Below, one piece after another: positions 9,359 to 22,541 of a stretch of 64,000 bases of DNA. How positions within the stretch are numbered: position 1 is the stretch's first letter; each line of letters starts with the position of its first letter. The notes under the pieces are model-generated. The model was given only the letters and a program-made list of their open reading frames with translations, made no database searches and was not told the DNA's origin. Origin of the DNA: a bacterium (lineage in GTDB: Bacteria > UBA8248); NCBI GenBank assembly GCA_965203325.1, contig OZ241875.1, positions 64,001 to 128,000 of the forward strand, read 5' to 3'. A program made the position numbers and the translations under genes.

Positions 9359-11278
9359 TTGAATCAATTTTACAAGAATTTGGCGCTTTGGCTGATTATC
9401 GGGTTGATAATGGTTGGTTTGTTTCAAGCCTTCAATAGCCCGCGCTCAACCGACCGAACGGTTGTCTACAGCGATTTCCTGCAAGCGGTATCTGATGGAC
9501 AGGTGACCGAAGTGATCGTCCAGGGAGACAATATTCGGGGTCGCTACCTGAGCGGTAGGTCCTTTCACACCCACGCTCCCAAAGACCCGAAGCTGATCGA
9601 CACACTTAGAGCCAAGGGCGTTCGCATCACGGCGCAGCCCGTAGAACAAAACTCCTGGTATATGAACATGCTGTTGAGTTGGCTGCCTATGCTGGTGATG
9701 CTGGGCGTTTGGATTTTCTTCATGCGCCAGATGCAAATGGGCGGCTCCAAAGCGCTGTCGTTCGGAAAAAGCAAAGCGCGAATGATGCCCGAATCCGCGA
9801 AGAAAAAAATTACGTTCGCAGATGTGGCCGGCATCGAGGAAGCCAAGGAAGAACTTGAAGAACTCGTTGATTTTCTCCGCGACCCGCAGAAGTTCACGCG
9901 CCTGGGCGCACGTATTCCCAAGGGTGTCCTCATGGTTGGTCCTCCGGGCACGGGCAAAACCTTGCTGGCGCGGGCCATCGCGGGCGAAGCGGACGTGCCG
10001 TTTTTCTCGATAAGCGGGTCGAGTTTTGTGGAGATGTTTGTCGGAGTCGGGGCGTCGAGAGTCCGGGATTTGTTCGAGCAGGGCAAAGCAAATGCGCCTT
10101 GCATCATTTTCATCGATGAGATTGATGCCGTCGGGCGACACAGAGGCGCCGGCCTGGGGGGTGGTCACGATGAGCGTGAGCAAACGCTCAATCAACTTCT
10201 CGTCGAGATGGATGGTTTTGAGTCGAATGACGGGGTCATCCTGATGGCAGCGACGAACCGGCCGGACGTGCTGGACCCGGCTCTGCTCAGGCCTGGCCGC
10301 TTTGACCGCCAGATTGTCGTTTCCTTGCCCGATATTAAAGGGCGCTTGGCCATTTTGAAGGTGCATGCCGTAAAAGTGCCGCTCGATGAATCCGTCGATT
10401 TGAGTCTCATAGCACGCGGAACCCCGCGATTTGCGGGCGCTGACTTGGCGAATCTTTTGAACGAATCCGCACTTCTCGCGGCGCGCCGGGGAAAACAGTC
10501 CGTGGAAAATGAAGACTTGATGGAAGCGAAGGATAAAGTCTTGATGGGCAAGGAGCGGCGCAGCATGGCGCTCAGTGAAAAAGAGAAGAAAAACACGGCC
10601 TACCACGAAGCGGGGCACGCCCTTGTTTCATTACTGATACCCGGGACGGACCCGGTAGAGAAGGTGACGATCATCCCGCGTGGTTTTTCGTTGGGAAGTA
10701 CATGGTCCTCTCCTCTTGAAGATCGTTACAGCAACGACAAGACATTTTTGACGAACCAGCTTGCCTGCCTGATGGGTGGACGTGCGGCGGAGATGCTGGT
10801 CTTTGAAGAATTGACGACAGGGGCGAAAGCCGATATCCAGACGGCGACCGACTTGGCGCGAAGCATGGTTTGTGAATGGGGGATGAGCGAAAAACTCGGC
10901 CCCTTGGCATATGGAAAAAAACATGAGCAAATCTTTTTGGGCCGTGAAATCTCCCAGCACAGGGATTATAGCGACCAGGTGGCCTTGGAAATTGATAACG
11001 AAGTGAAGGATATGGTCTCGTCGAGTTATGAGAGAGCGTATAAGCTACTCGAGGAAAATCGGGACAAGCTCGATTTGCTCGCCAATGCGCTACTCGAGTA
11101 TGAAACCATCGATCTCAAAGACATCGAGTCTTTGATGGAAACCGGGGAGATTTCCAGGAGTCGCAAGCGAAAAGACGGGGTTGGTGAAGGAAAGACCCCT
11201 GTCTCTTCTGAACCGGAGGAAAAACCTCGAGAGGATCCGCAAGGGTCACCGACGGACCTGGCGCCCGGCCAAGCCTAG
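9359..11278 (+). CDS. ftsH: ATP-dependent zinc metalloprotease FtsH
   Basis: Two TMs, [31 protein letters not shown] start after AAGGAAGG. Confidence 0.98.
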   Translation: MNQFYKNLALWLIIGLIMVGLFQAFNSPRSTDRTVVYSDFLQAVSDGQVTEVIVQGDNIRGRYLSGRSFHTHAPKDPKLIDTLRAKGVRITAQPVEQNSWYMNMLLSWLPMLVMLGVWIFFMRQMQMGGSKALSFGKSKARMMPESAKKKITFADVAGIEEAKEELEELVDFLRDPQKFTRLGARIPKGVLMVGPPGTGKTLLARAIAGEADVPFFSISGSSFVEMFVGVGASRVRDLFEQGKANAPCIIFIDEIDAVGRHRGAGLGGGHDEREQTLNQLLVEMDGFESNDGVILMAATNRPDVLDPALLRPGRFDRQIVVSLPDIKGRLAILKVHAVKVPLDESVDLSLIARGTPRFAGADLANLLNESALLAARRGKQSVENEDLMEAKDKVLMGKERRSMALSEKEKKNTAYHEAGHALVSLLIPGTDPVEKVTIIPRGFSLGSTWSSPLEDRYSNDKTFLTNQLACLMGGRAAEMLVFEELTTGAKADIQTATDLARSMVCEWGMSEKLGPLAYGKKHEQIFLGREISQHRDYSDQVALEIDNEVKDMVSSSYERAYKLLEENRDKLDLLANALLEYETIDLKDIESLMETGEISRSRKRKDGVGEGKTPVSSEPEEKPREDPQGSPTDLAPGQA

Positions 11279-11391
11279 TTTCTCCTTAAATTTCAATTTA
11301 TGATAGAGCATAGGAGTGCCACTGAATTTCGGCATTTGGGAGACGAACGTCCAAATAGCATCGTGTTGCAGGTGTGGTGTTGAGGGATGAG

Positions 11392-12120
11392 ATGGCCAAG
11401 CTTTGTGTGAATGTGGACCACGTTGCCACCATCCGTGAAGCGCGGAAGACGAACGAACCCGACCCGGTGGCGGCCGCGCTTATTGCTGAGCGTGCGGGTG
11501 CGATAGGCATCACCATTCACCTGCGTGAAGACAGGAGGCATATACAGGACAGGGATTTGAAATTGATGCGCCAAGTGGTTCGAGGCAAGCTCAACCTGGA
11601 GATGGCGCCTGTACCCGAGATGCAGGGCATCGCACTTGATGTGAAGCCGGAACAAGTCACCTTGGTTCCGGAGCGACGTGAAGAGATAACGACCGAGGGC
11701 GGCTTGGACGTGGCAGGCAACATCGAGCAAATAGCCGGCTTGATGAAGCCGTTGCGAGAAGCGGGGCTTCTCTTGAGTCTTTTTATCGACCCGCATCCCG
11801 AGCAGATTGAAGCCGCCAAGGAGTTAAACGCAGATTTCGTGGAATTGAACACGGCGGCATATTCTGAAGCCAAAGGGCAGGTGTCCCAGAAAGAAGAGTT
11901 GACATCACTCCGCAATGCTTCTTTACAGACCCACGGACTCGGCATTGGGGTACACGCCGGCCACGGCCTTACTTATCTCAATGTGGAAGCCGTGGCCTCT
12001 CTGCCCCACCTGCAGGAACTGAATATTGGACACAGCATTGTCTCGCATTCTGTTTTTGTCGGCTTTGAGAGAGCTGTGCGCGAGATGTCGGATATCATCG
12101 AGCGAGCAGGCCCCGCCTGA
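11392..12120 (+). CDS. pdxJ: Pyridoxine 5'-phosphate synthase
   Basis: [39 protein letters not shown]. Confidence 0.97.
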   Translation: MAKLCVNVDHVATIREARKTNEPDPVAAALIAERAGAIGITIHLREDRRHIQDRDLKLMRQVVRGKLNLEMAPVPEMQGIALDVKPEQVTLVPERREEITTEGGLDVAGNIEQIAGLMKPLREAGLLLSLFIDPHPEQIEAAKELNADFVELNTAAYSEAKGQVSQKEELTSLRNASLQTHGLGIGVHAGHGLTYLNVEAVASLPHLQELNIGHSIVSHSVFVGFERAVREMSDIIERAGPA

Positions 12121-12122
12121 AC

Positions 12123-13697
12123 ATGCCGATTCCCGTCGTTACAGCCCAGGAAATGTCGAATATCGACAATCGGGCGATTCAAGAATATGGAATTCCCTCC
12201 ACGTGCCTGATGGAAACGGCAGGCGCAAAATCCGCCCAAAATATATGGGAAACATATGGCAGAAATGATTTCCGTGTCCTGATTGTTTGCGGGAAAGGGA
12301 ACAACGGCGGGGATGGCTTCGTCATTGCCAGGCATTTGTTCAATGCCGGGGCCGATGTTGATGTCGCGATTTTGTTCCCGCGGAATGAAGCCAAAGGTGA
12401 CCCAGCCGTTTTCTTGAAGTCTCTTGAAAAGATGAAAATTTCCATCATCGAAGTGGAGGAGGAAAATACCTCACGTTTCGAAGCTTTGATGAAAAATGCG
12501 GACCTGATAGTAGATGCCATTCTGGGAACCGGGTTTCAGCCGCCTGCCCGTGGCCTTCCGGAGAAAGTGATCCGCATCCTTTCCGCTAACGAGACCCCGA
12601 TAATAGCTATCGATATACCATCCGGGCTCGACGGCACTACAGGTGGGGCCGAACTTCCTTATATCCATGCGAAAACCACCTTGGCGCTGGGCGGTCTCAA
12701 GCGGGGACATCTTCTCATGCCGGCCGCTGAGCATGTGGGTGAGGTGATATCTCTTGATATCGGGATTCCGAACGAGTGTCTGAAAGAAGAAAACATTTTA
12801 CTCCACGTCACGGAACCTTCCGACGTAGCTGCGAATTTGCCTGAAAGACGCCCCGATGCGCATAAAGGGGATGCCGGCCATCTTTTGTTGATAGCCGGCG
12901 CGCCCGGTATGTCGGGAGCCGCATTGATGACGGCCATGTCGGCCCTTCGCACGGGCGCAGGCCGGGTAACGCTTGCGGTGCCTGAAAGTATTTCTCCTCT
13001 GGTGGAGAGCAGATACCCGGAAGTCATGACGTTGTCTTTGCCGGCCACCGAGTCTGGAGCTGTTGATGCTTCGGCGTTCGATTTTCTCGTTGAACGTTCA
13101 GAAGACATGAGTGCTTTGGTGATAGGACCCGGGCTTCTGACGAACCCGAGAACGATTGAGCTTGTCCATTTACTCATCCAACACATTGGCGCACCCGTCG
13201 TCCTCGATGCCGATGCCCTGAATGCGCTTGCTCAGGATTTGACTATCTTGGACGGCAGACTCGCTCAACTGATCCTGACGCCACACCCTGGAGAAATGGC
13301 GAGGCTCCTTGGGATCTCGACGAGAGAAGTACAAGAAGACCGCATTACACACGCAAGCTCTTTTGCCTCACAGCATCATCTTGACATCGCCTTAAAGGGC
13401 TGGGGAACAATTGTCGCCACATCGGACGGGGAAATCTGGTACAACCCCACCGGAAATTCCAATATGGCCACCGCAGGCAGTGGAGACATATTGGCGGGCG
13501 TTATTGGCGCTTTCCTCGCCCAGGGGCTTTCCCGAAAATGGTCTTTGATATGCGGGGTTTATTTGCATGGCTTATCTGGTGAATTGGCATCCTTGGAAGT
13601 GGGCGGGCTCGGAATCACGGCAACCGATATTTTGCAAGCCCTTCCCAAGGCGAGAAGAGAAGTGTTCATGGAAGTAGGAGATTCTGAAACTGCTTGA
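12123..13697 (+). CDS. nnr: Bifunctional NAD(P)H-hydrate epimerase/dehydratase
   Basis: GKGNNGGDG, DIPSG, HKG..G, LDADAL, TPHPGE, TAGSGD. Confidence 0.95.
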   Translation: MPIPVVTAQEMSNIDNRAIQEYGIPSTCLMETAGAKSAQNIWETYGRNDFRVLIVCGKGNNGGDGFVIARHLFNAGADVDVAILFPRNEAKGDPAVFLKSLEKMKISIIEVEEENTSRFEALMKNADLIVDAILGTGFQPPARGLPEKVIRILSANETPIIAIDIPSGLDGTTGGAELPYIHAKTTLALGGLKRGHLLMPAAEHVGEVISLDIGIPNECLKEENILLHVTEPSDVAANLPERRPDAHKGDAGHLLLIAGAPGMSGAALMTAMSALRTGAGRVTLAVPESISPLVESRYPEVMTLSLPATESGAVDASAFDFLVERSEDMSALVIGPGLLTNPRTIELVHLLIQHIGAPVVLDADALNALAQDLTILDGRLAQLILTPHPGEMARLLGISTREVQEDRITHASSFASQHHLDIALKGWGTIVATSDGEIWYNPTGNSNMATAGSGDILAGVIGAFLAQGLSRKWSLICGVYLHGLSGELASLEVGGLGITATDILQALPKARREVFMEVGDSETA

Positions 13698-13710
13698 ATT
13701 CCCCTTTGAG

Positions 13711-14124
13711 ATGCGAAGTGATTCGTTAGAGCAAACGGTCGAACTGGGTGCTCGCTTGGCTGAAGTATCGAGACCCGGCGAGGTCGTTTTGCTCGATGGT
13801 GACTTAGGCGCAGGGAAAACTGCATTCGCAAAGGGTTTTATCGCATCGATGCCGGGGGGAGAAGGACAGACCATCAGAAGCCCCACGTTTGTCTATATTC
13901 ACCACTATCCAACCTTGCCGCCTACCCACCACATCGATTTGTACCGGCTTCCAAAAGGTTCAGACCTCATGGAAATAGGTTTGTGGGATCATATAGGTGA
14001 GAGCGATATTGTATTGATCGAGTGGCCTAACCATGTGGAGAAATGGCGTTTCCCTGTATCGACACACGTGAAGTTTGAGGTTGTGGGAGATGGAAGTCGG
14101 CACCTGTACTTTTTCCGGCCGTGA
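13711..14124 (+). CDS. tsaE: t6A biosynthesis ATPase TsaE
   Basis: GDLGAGKT, SPTF, HIDLYRL, IEW. Confidence 0.95.
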   Translation: MRSDSLEQTVELGARLAEVSRPGEVVLLDGDLGAGKTAFAKGFIASMPGGEGQTIRSPTFVYIHHYPTLPPTHHIDLYRLPKGSDLMEIGLWDHIGESDIVLIEWPNHVEKWRFPVSTHVKFEVVGDGSRHLYFFRP

Positions 14125-14313
14125 GATATTTCTTCTTTACAAAGAAACGAAAGGGTGGCACTCTTACAGGGCATTGTTTTTGCTTATCTTCTTGATGTAA
14201 CAGATGTGAACGGTACGAGAAAATAAATTTCATGGTTCTGGAGGGATGAGTTTCTTATCGCAGATATGACATGTGCTGTCGTTGAATACCGCCTGTGCTT
14301 CAGAAGGTTTGCG

Positions 14314-14925
14314 ATGCTTTTCCGTAAGATGCTGAGAACGGTATTGCTGGGCTTTCTGCTCGTGATGGGCGGTACGATTGCCTATTTCATCTTGGGCTCT
14401 GCAAATCATCAACTCAATTTAGGGGGAATTTCGCTCACAGACTCGGATGCGGACTTTAGCATAGATAAAATGCATGTCGTCCAAAACACAAAAGGTGTCA
14501 GGGAATGGGAGTTGTGGGCCGACTCCGCCAAGGTGTACCGCCAAAAAGGCTTCACCATTCTCAAGAACCTGAAGCTTCGGTTTTATCCGAAAGAAGGTGA
14601 GCCTGCGCACGTGACTGCTCAAGAGGGAACCATGCAGAATGAGAGTCGGAACATTCGAATCAGCGGCAATGTCACCATCTTGGCTTCTAATGGCGTTTCG
14701 ATGAAAACGGATTCTTTGTATTTTCGCTCAAAAGAGAAACGCATTGATTCGGATTCGCGGGTTTTGATGGAAGGGGCTCGTTTTCGTCTGGTCGGTACCG
14801 GGCTACAGGGGCGAACCGATACTGGGAAATACAAACTGAAGGAGAAAGTGAGCGCTACGATATACGGTGCGAGCGAGTATTCCCTCAAGGAGGAAAGAGG
14901 AAATAAGCTAACTCGCGCCAACTAA
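14314..14925 (+). CDS. lptC: LPS export protein LptC
   Basis: N-terminal TM, beta-jellyroll-like sequence, position before lptA-lptB-rpoN. Confidence 0.8.
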   Translation: MLFRKMLRTVLLGFLLVMGGTIAYFILGSANHQLNLGGISLTDSDADFSIDKMHVVQNTKGVREWELWADSAKVYRQKGFTILKNLKLRFYPKEGEPAHVTAQEGTMQNESRNIRISGNVTILASNGVSMKTDSLYFRSKEKRIDSDSRVLMEGARFRLVGTGLQGRTDTGKYKLKEKVSATIYGASEYSLKEERGNKLTRAN

Positions 14926-14962
14926 AGGGGCACATACGGCCAATCCCTGTTGGAGGGCTGTT

Positions 14963-15556
14963 TTGAAACCGAAAAACTACCGCCTGAAACGTCTTACCCT
15001 CATTGGCCTGGGAATATGCTTAGGCTTTTTGGTGTGGGGCAATACTAACTTATCCGCCCAGGAAAAAACCAAGAAAAGTCACTTAAACCGCAAGGCGCAG
15101 ATCCACATTGTCTCCGATAAAATGGAAGTAAACAGTCGGAAGAATCTCATCGTGTTCATCGGGAATGTGGAAGCGAACCAGGGGAAGATGAGACTAAAGG
15201 CGAATCGCCTCGAAATATATACGCTGGAAAACAGACAATTCGGCTCGAAGCGAAGGCCAACTCCCAAGGACAGGGCAGGGGAAATCGATAAAATCGTGGC
15301 CATTGGAAACGTAGAGATGGATCAGGCAAAACGAAGGTTCGCCACTGCTGCCCGGCTCGAATATCAAGAATCCACCGGCATCGCCGTTTTGACGGGAAAC
15401 CCTCGCGTATGGGAAGGCAAAAATCGCTTAGTCGGCGCTGAAATAAAGTTGAATTTGAAAGAAGACAAAACGATAGTTCATGGTTCGAAGCGCCAAAGAG
15501 TCAGCGTTACCCTATTTCCTTCCAGCGAGACACCCCGCCGCAAAAAATCAAACTAG
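14963..15556 (+). CDS. lptA: LPS transport periplasmic protein LptA
   Basis: Signal peptide; [25 protein letters not shown]. Confidence 0.88.
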   Translation: MKPKNYRLKRLTLIGLGICLGFLVWGNTNLSAQEKTKKSHLNRKAQIHIVSDKMEVNSRKNLIVFIGNVEANQGKMRLKANRLEIYTLENRQFGSKRRPTPKDRAGEIDKIVAIGNVEMDQAKRRFATAARLEYQESTGIAVLTGNPRVWEGKNRLVGAEIKLNLKEDKTIVHGSKRQRVSVTLFPSSETPRRKKSN

Positions 15557-15560
15557 ACTC

Positions 15561-16325
15561 ATGTCAACCCGAACCGATGGCACTGCTGTACGCGGTGAAG
15601 GCGCTGTTTCCGTTCACGCCACCAAGTTAACAAAAAGCTATTCCGGTCGAACGGTTGTCTCCGGCGTGGAGTTCGAAGTGCATCCTGGCGAAATCGTCGG
15701 TTTGCTTGGACCAAACGGGGCCGGTAAGACGACGATATTTTATATGATTGTCGGACTGATCGCTCCGGATGCGGGAAAAATTTTCTTGAATGGCAGGGAA
15801 ATCACCGGCCAGCCCATGCATATGCGCGCCAAGAGGGGAATCAGCTATCTTCCTCAGGAAGCGTCTGTGTTTCGCCGCCTTTCGGTAAGGCAAAACATCA
15901 TGGCGGTGCTTGAATTGGTTTTGCGTGCTCCGGACCAGCGCGAGCGGCGATTAAACGAGATTCTAGAGGACTTGGATATCCAGCACATTCAATCCTTGAA
16001 GGGATATGCTCTCTCCGGCGGTGAACGGAGGCGTGTAGAAATTGCCCGGGCATTGGCCACTGATCCCGCTTTTATGCTCCTTGATGAGCCTTTCGCCGGC
16101 ATTGACCCCATCGTGGTTCACGACATTCAGGAGATAGTGACGGGCTTAAAGGCTCGTGGAATTGGAGTCATCATTACAGACCACAACGTGCGCGAGGCCC
16201 TTCAGATATCCGACAGGGCGTACATCATCAATGAGGGGCGTATACTGGAGTCCGGTACCCCGGAAGAAATTGCCGTAAGCGATAAAGCCCGGAATGTTTA
16301 TCTGGGCGAAAAATTTCGTTTTTGA
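15561..16325 (+). CDS. lptB: LPS export ABC ATPase LptB
   Basis: [43 protein letters not shown]. Confidence 0.97.
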   Translation: MSTRTDGTAVRGEGAVSVHATKLTKSYSGRTVVSGVEFEVHPGEIVGLLGPNGAGKTTIFYMIVGLIAPDAGKIFLNGREITGQPMHMRAKRGISYLPQEASVFRRLSVRQNIMAVLELVLRAPDQRERRLNEILEDLDIQHIQSLKGYALSGGERRRVEIARALATDPAFMLLDEPFAGIDPIVVHDIQEIVTGLKARGIGVIITDHNVREALQISDRAYIINEGRILESGTPEEIAVSDKARNVYLGEKFRF

Positions 16326-16341
16326 GGTGAGGGAAATCCAC

Positions 16342-17784
16342 GTGGCCTTGCAACATAAGATGGCAATGAGGGCGGAGCAGCGTCTCGTCATGACCGCCAT
16401 GATGCGGCAGGCGATTGGCCTTTTGCCGCTGAGCCGCATGGAAATGCAGCAAGCCGTTCAGCAGGAAATGTTGAATAATCCCTTGTTGGAAGAAATTCAG
16501 GATGAAGAAAAAGAAGTAGTTGACGGTGAGATGCCGGAATTGAGAATCGATGTCCCCGAGAATCAAAACGATGAAAGAGGTGAGGTGGAGATTGATTGGG
16601 AAAACATCGCGCAGGACAATCTTGATGATTTCTCGCCTTCAGCCCCCGTTGATGATTTTCCCTCTTATGAGCAGACCTTGGCGCGACCCGATACGTTGTA
16701 TGAACACCTGGAGTGGCAATTGAGTCTTTCGGTGGTTCCTGAACCGATAGCAAGGATTGCCGGGCAAATTATCTGGAATGTAAATGAGGAGGGTTATCTC
16801 GAGGCCGACGTGGAAGAGTTGGCAGCCAACGCGGGCCTTGGGTCTCGCGAAGCTCATAGGGCGTTGGCCTTGGTGCAGGGTTTCAATCCGCCCGGCGTTG
16901 CTGCGAGAACACTTCAAGAATGCCTTCTCATACAGTTGAAAAATAATGAATTGTCAATGAGCGACAATAGTTCTATCGTGGATTTGGCGAGAGTCCTGGT
17001 GCGAAAGAATATGGAGAAGATAGGTGAGCCTCCATATGCGAAACTCGCCAAGGCCAACGACGTCGATGTGGAAGACATTGTTCAGGCCGTCGACCTCATT
17101 CGGAGCCTCGACCCGCGTCCAGGGTTGCGTTTTTCCGATCGAAGAGTGGAGATAGTGGTCCCGGATGTGAGCGTCGCCAAAAGAGGAGATGAATATGAGG
17201 TGACACTCAATGACGATGACTTGCCACTCCTGCACGTCAACTCTAAATATGCGGCCATGGCGGTCGACAAAGCGGGAATCTCGCCCGACACGCGGAAGTA
17301 TCTGGAGGAAAAGTTAAGGGCAGCTGCCTGGTTTGTGAAAAGTATAGAGCAAAGAAAACGGACGATTCTGAAAGTTTGCCGAAGCATTGTGCGCTTCCAG
17401 AAAGATTTTCTGGATTATGGCGTGAGTCATATAAAGCCCCTCATCTTGAGGGATGTGGCGCAAGATATCGGGATGCACGAATCGACCGTGAGTCGTGTTA
17501 CGACGGACAAGTATATGGATACCCCGCAGGGTGTTTTAAGCTTTAAGTATTTTTTTCACAGTGGGTTGGAATCAAGTGCGGGGGAGAGTGCCTCTTCCGT
17601 GGCCGTAAAGGAAATCATCAAGAAAATGGTGGCGCAGGAAAACCCTGAGAAGCCGCTCACCGACCAGCAAATTTCGGATAGGCTCAAGCAGGACAACGTG
17701 GCGATAGCAAGGCGAACGGTGACGAAATACCGTAAGGAGCTCCGCATCTCGCCCACCAGCAAAAGACGCAAAATACGTCAATAA
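16342..17784 (+). CDS. rpoN: RNA polymerase sigma-54 factor
   Basis: NPLLE, HESTVSR, RpoN box ARRTVTKYR. Confidence 0.97.
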   Translation: MALQHKMAMRAEQRLVMTAMMRQAIGLLPLSRMEMQQAVQQEMLNNPLLEEIQDEEKEVVDGEMPELRIDVPENQNDERGEVEIDWENIAQDNLDDFSPSAPVDDFPSYEQTLARPDTLYEHLEWQLSLSVVPEPIARIAGQIIWNVNEEGYLEADVEELAANAGLGSREAHRALALVQGFNPPGVAARTLQECLLIQLKNNELSMSDNSSIVDLARVLVRKNMEKIGEPPYAKLAKANDVDVEDIVQAVDLIRSLDPRPGLRFSDRRVEIVVPDVSVAKRGDEYEVTLNDDDLPLLHVNSKYAAMAVDKAGISPDTRKYLEEKLRAAAWFVKSIEQRKRTILKVCRSIVRFQKDFLDYGVSHIKPLILRDVAQDIGMHESTVSRVTTDKYMDTPQGVLSFKYFFHSGLESSAGESASSVAVKEIIKKMVAQENPEKPLTDQQISDRLKQDNVAIARRTVTKYRKELRISPTSKRRKIRQ

Positions 17785-18038
17785 CATCTAAGCGCGGTTT
17801 GCTCATGGGCATATAATTCTCACCTGCGTACCCTGTGGTTCGCAGGGGCGACTCAGGAAGATCCCCGGGTCCGTGGTTTATCTGAAAAAAAGAAAAATAT
17901 TTGTTATTATTCGCATAGGTGGACGTTCCATTTTCTGGTGTGCAGCATGGCGTCTCAATGGTTTCGTATCGGAGATTTAGTTGGATCTCCCAGAACGGAC
18001 ATTGAAGCCCTTGGGTGTGTAGAGCATCGAGGAACATA

Positions 18039-18977
18039 ATGAGCAAGCTCTCGGTATCTCAATTGTATGCAGATCTGCGGGAAGAGCTGAAGCTCTCCGT
18101 AGTTTCGGGCGAGTCCGGCATGAGCCGCCAGATCAATCATACGCACTTTCAAAAAAATGGTTTGCCACTCGCCGGTTTTCTGAAAGCCGTACATCCCGAC
18201 AGGGTTCAGGTATGGGGCAGCACGGAGGTTCGTTTTCTCGAGGACCTCGATGAGGAGAGGCGGATCGAGGCCGTGCGCAAATATTTTCGCCTGCCCTTGT
18301 GCGCGGTGCTGGTCACAGGTGGGAAAGATATCTTCCCGAGCATCCGGGAAGCGTCTGATGAGTCCAACGTGCCGATTATCATCTCGGGATTGCCCGGCAA
18401 GGAATTGATGCCGAGATTGTCGGGATATCTCGAGGAGCACCTCTCTCTTCATGCGCGGCTGCACGGCGTCCTCGTTGATTTGTACGGTGTGGGGGTGCTC
18501 ATTCAAGGCAAGAGCGGTATCGGGAAAAGCGAATGCGCTCTTCATTTGGTCACGCGGGGGCACCGGCTCGTCGCCGATGACGTGGTGGACATCCAGTTGC
18601 GTGGGAATGAGTTAGTCGGAAAAAGCACCGAATTGCTCAAACACCATATAGAGGTGAGGGGACTTGGAATACTGAACCTGAAAGACCTTTTCGGCGTCGT
18701 GGCGATTCGATACGAAAAAAATGTCGAGATGATCGTCGAGTTGATTCCCTTGACCCCGGATTTGCCTTTCGAGCGTCTGGGAATCGACATCGAGACCCAA
18801 AATATCCTGGACAAGTGCCTGCCGCACGTGAAAATACCCGTTGCTCCCGGGAGGAATATCCCCACGCTCATTGAGGTGGCGGCCAGGAACCTGTTGCTGC
18901 AAAGAATGGGTTATTTCTCCGCGGAGGAGTTCAGTCGCACACTTTCCGCTCAAATTGCTCTCGGGACGACGAGTTAG
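18039..18977 (+). CDS. hprK: HPr kinase/phosphorylase
   Basis: GKSGIGKSE, RGHRLVADD, EVRGLGI, PVAPGRN. Confidence 0.96.
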   Translation: MSKLSVSQLYADLREELKLSVVSGESGMSRQINHTHFQKNGLPLAGFLKAVHPDRVQVWGSTEVRFLEDLDEERRIEAVRKYFRLPLCAVLVTGGKDIFPSIREASDESNVPIIISGLPGKELMPRLSGYLEEHLSLHARLHGVLVDLYGVGVLIQGKSGIGKSECALHLVTRGHRLVADDVVDIQLRGNELVGKSTELLKHHIEVRGLGILNLKDLFGVVAIRYEKNVEMIVELIPLTPDLPFERLGIDIETQNILDKCLPHVKIPVAPGRNIPTLIEVAARNLLLQRMGYFSAEEFSRTLSAQIALGTTS

Positions 18978-19008
18978 CCGGGAAGAGGGAAAGAAGAGGT
19001 TTCACCGC

Positions 19009-19431
19009 ATGATTGGTTTGGTGATCGTCGGCCATGGAGACTATCCGGATGCGCTGTTGAGTGCGGCCGAGTCCGTCTTGTCCGGAGCAGCCCAAATGAA
19101 AGCCCTTTCCCTGCGGCCTGACGCCGATCCCGCCGGATTCACGGAAAAAATCGAAAAGGCGGTCATGGAGGTGGATGCGGGCGAGGGCGTGATTATCATG
19201 ACGGATATGATGGGAGGCGCTCCTACGAATGCGGCGCTCGCAATGCTGAACCATTCCGGGGTAGAGGTTGTGACGGGAGTGAATTTGCCGATGCTCTTGA
19301 AATTGTCATTTATCAAGGGAAAGACCGTCTCCGAAGCGGCGCGTTTTCTGGTGGAGTACGGGAGGCGGAATCTGGCCCAGCCGAGCGAAATGATCAATTC
19401 CGTGAAACAACGCCCAGCCAAGGAGGAATAA
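19009..19431 (+). CDS. PTS EIIA, mannose/fructose type
   Basis: MIGLVIVGHG, TDMMGG.P.N, TGVNLPML. Confidence 0.9.
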   Translation: MIGLVIVGHGDYPDALLSAAESVLSGAAQMKALSLRPDADPAGFTEKIEKAVMEVDAGEGVIIMTDMMGGAPTNAALAMLNHSGVEVVTGVNLPMLLKLSFIKGKTVSEAARFLVEYGRRNLAQPSEMINSVKQRPAKEE

Positions 19432-19440
19432 ACGCCCATC

Positions 19441-19710
19441 ATGGCGGAACAAAGAGTCAGCATCAGCAATCAAATGGGGCTTCACGCCAGAGCAGCGGCC
19501 AAATTCGTGAGACTGTCGAGTACATTCGAGAGCGAAATTCTTGTTCGGTTCCGCGATATGGAAGTGGACGGAAAGAGCATTATGGGTGTCATGATGCTTG
19601 CCGCGACCCCCGGCTCGGAGCTCCTGATAAGCGCGTGTGGTTCAGATGAAAATGCCGCCGTTGCGGAATTGGCGGATATGGTTCGAACCGGCTTTGGAGA
19701 AATTGCATAG
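19441..19710 (+). CDS. ptsH: Phosphocarrier protein HPr
   Basis: GLHARAAA, DGKSIMGVMML. Confidence 0.95.
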   Translation: MAEQRVSISNQMGLHARAAAKFVRLSSTFESEILVRFRDMEVDGKSIMGVMMLAATPGSELLISACGSDENAAVAELADMVRTGFGEIA

Positions 19711-20007
19711 GGTTTCGTGTTGCCACGCGGGAGATTGAAAGGCCATGTATTCATACAGACTCTACAAAAAGATGTTTAACTTATTGATAGATATATGATT
19801 AAAAAAACTAACCCGAACGATAGTTTTCGCCTGTCCGCCCCGCATTCAGAAGCTTTCTCACAGGCAGTTTGACGAAAAAACAACATTTTTCCCGCGCGCT
19901 TCCGTCTAAATTCAAGAAATGATAAAAGACGCCGGAAAACACATCCAGTATAGTGAGGCGTTCTATTGGATTTGATGACAACCTCCAATTTCTGTAGGAG
20001 ATTTTAG

Positions 20008-21186
20008 ATGGGTTCCAATCATGGGGGAAATTACATTTTCACTTCTGAATCCGTCTCGGAAGGGCATCCCGACAAAATGGCCGACCAGATAAGCGATTCC
20101 GTTTTAGACGCCATTTTTCGTGAAGACCCCGACGGCCGCGTTGCTTGTGAAACGCTTATCACGACGGGAATCGTATTCGTAGCCGGCGAGATTACCACGG
20201 CGGCAAATTACGATGCGCGTGAAATTGCGCGCGAGACGATTCGACACATCGGCTACGACAATTCGGCATACGGATTTGATTGCAATACATGTTCGGTCGT
20301 TACGGCGATTGATAGACAGTCGCCCAACATCGATCAAGGGGTCTCGGAGGGACAAGGTCTTTTCCATGAACAAGGGGCGGGCGATCAGGGGATGATGTTT
20401 GGATTCGCCTGCCGGGAATCCGAAGAATTGATGCCTCTGCCCATCATGTTGGCCCACAAGCTGGTTCGCAGGACCACGGACATGAGGCGAAAAGGGGTCT
20501 TGGACTACCTCCGCCCCGACAGCAAAAGCCAGGTATCCATTCGCTATGAAGGTGACGAACCCGTGGCTATCGACAATGTCGTCATTTCTGCTCAGCATTC
20601 CGAGGACGTCAGTCTCGAACAGATACGTGAAGACATCATTCGTGAAGTTATACGCCCCGTCCTCCCGGAAAACATGACGACACAAAACACCGAATTTTAT
20701 GTGAACCCGACCGGGCTTTTCGTCATTGGGGGACCCATGTGTGACACGGGACTCACGGGTCGAAAGATTATCGTGGACACATACGGCGGATACAGCAGGC
20801 ACGGCGGCGGCGCATTTTCCGGCAAAGACCCCTCGAAGGTGGATCGCTCAGCCGCCTATATGGGGAGATACATCGCCAAAAATATCGTTGCTGCGGGGCT
20901 CGCGGATAAAGCGGAAGTGCAACTCGCCTACGCCATCGGCGTGGCGGACCCCGTTTCCGTTTTGGTTGAGGATTTCGGGACGGGCCACGTAGATTCAAAT
21001 CTCCTCTCGGGGGCCGTCCGCGAAGTATTCGGCCTCAAGCCCAGAGAAATTATCGACCACCTCGACTTGCGCCGCCCCATCTTCAAGAACACGGCGGCTT
21101 ATGGACACTTTGGCCGGAGTGAACCTGAGTTCACCTGGGAGAAAACGGACAAGACATCCGATCTGAAGACCGCTGTCGGGGCGTAG
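20008..21186 (+). CDS. metK: S-adenosylmethionine synthetase
   Basis: [35 protein letters not shown]. Confidence 0.98.
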   Translation: MGSNHGGNYIFTSESVSEGHPDKMADQISDSVLDAIFREDPDGRVACETLITTGIVFVAGEITTAANYDAREIARETIRHIGYDNSAYGFDCNTCSVVTAIDRQSPNIDQGVSEGQGLFHEQGAGDQGMMFGFACRESEELMPLPIMLAHKLVRRTTDMRRKGVLDYLRPDSKSQVSIRYEGDEPVAIDNVVISAQHSEDVSLEQIREDIIREVIRPVLPENMTTQNTEFYVNPTGLFVIGGPMCDTGLTGRKIIVDTYGGYSRHGGGAFSGKDPSKVDRSAAYMGRYIAKNIVAAGLADKAEVQLAYAIGVADPVSVLVEDFGTGHVDSNLLSGAVREVFGLKPREIIDHLDLRRPIFKNTAAYGHFGRSEPEFTWEKTDKTSDLKTAVGA

Positions 21187-21239
21187 AATTCAGTGAGGCC
21201 GAACGACCGGTTTTAATCGCGGGAAATTTTGGAGAGTAA

Positions 21240-22496
<1,257 letters not shown>

Positions 22497-22541
22497 AGTT
22501 TCTCCGCATCCGATACGCCGCCCGCCACGGGAGAGTTTTCT

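Noticed and set aside
11314..11321. CIRCE half-site GAGTGCCA before pdxJ
   Set aside because: No partner arm at 9-bp spacing
19711..20007. SAM riboswitch upstream of metK
   Set aside because: No recognisable SAM-I/II core found by eye
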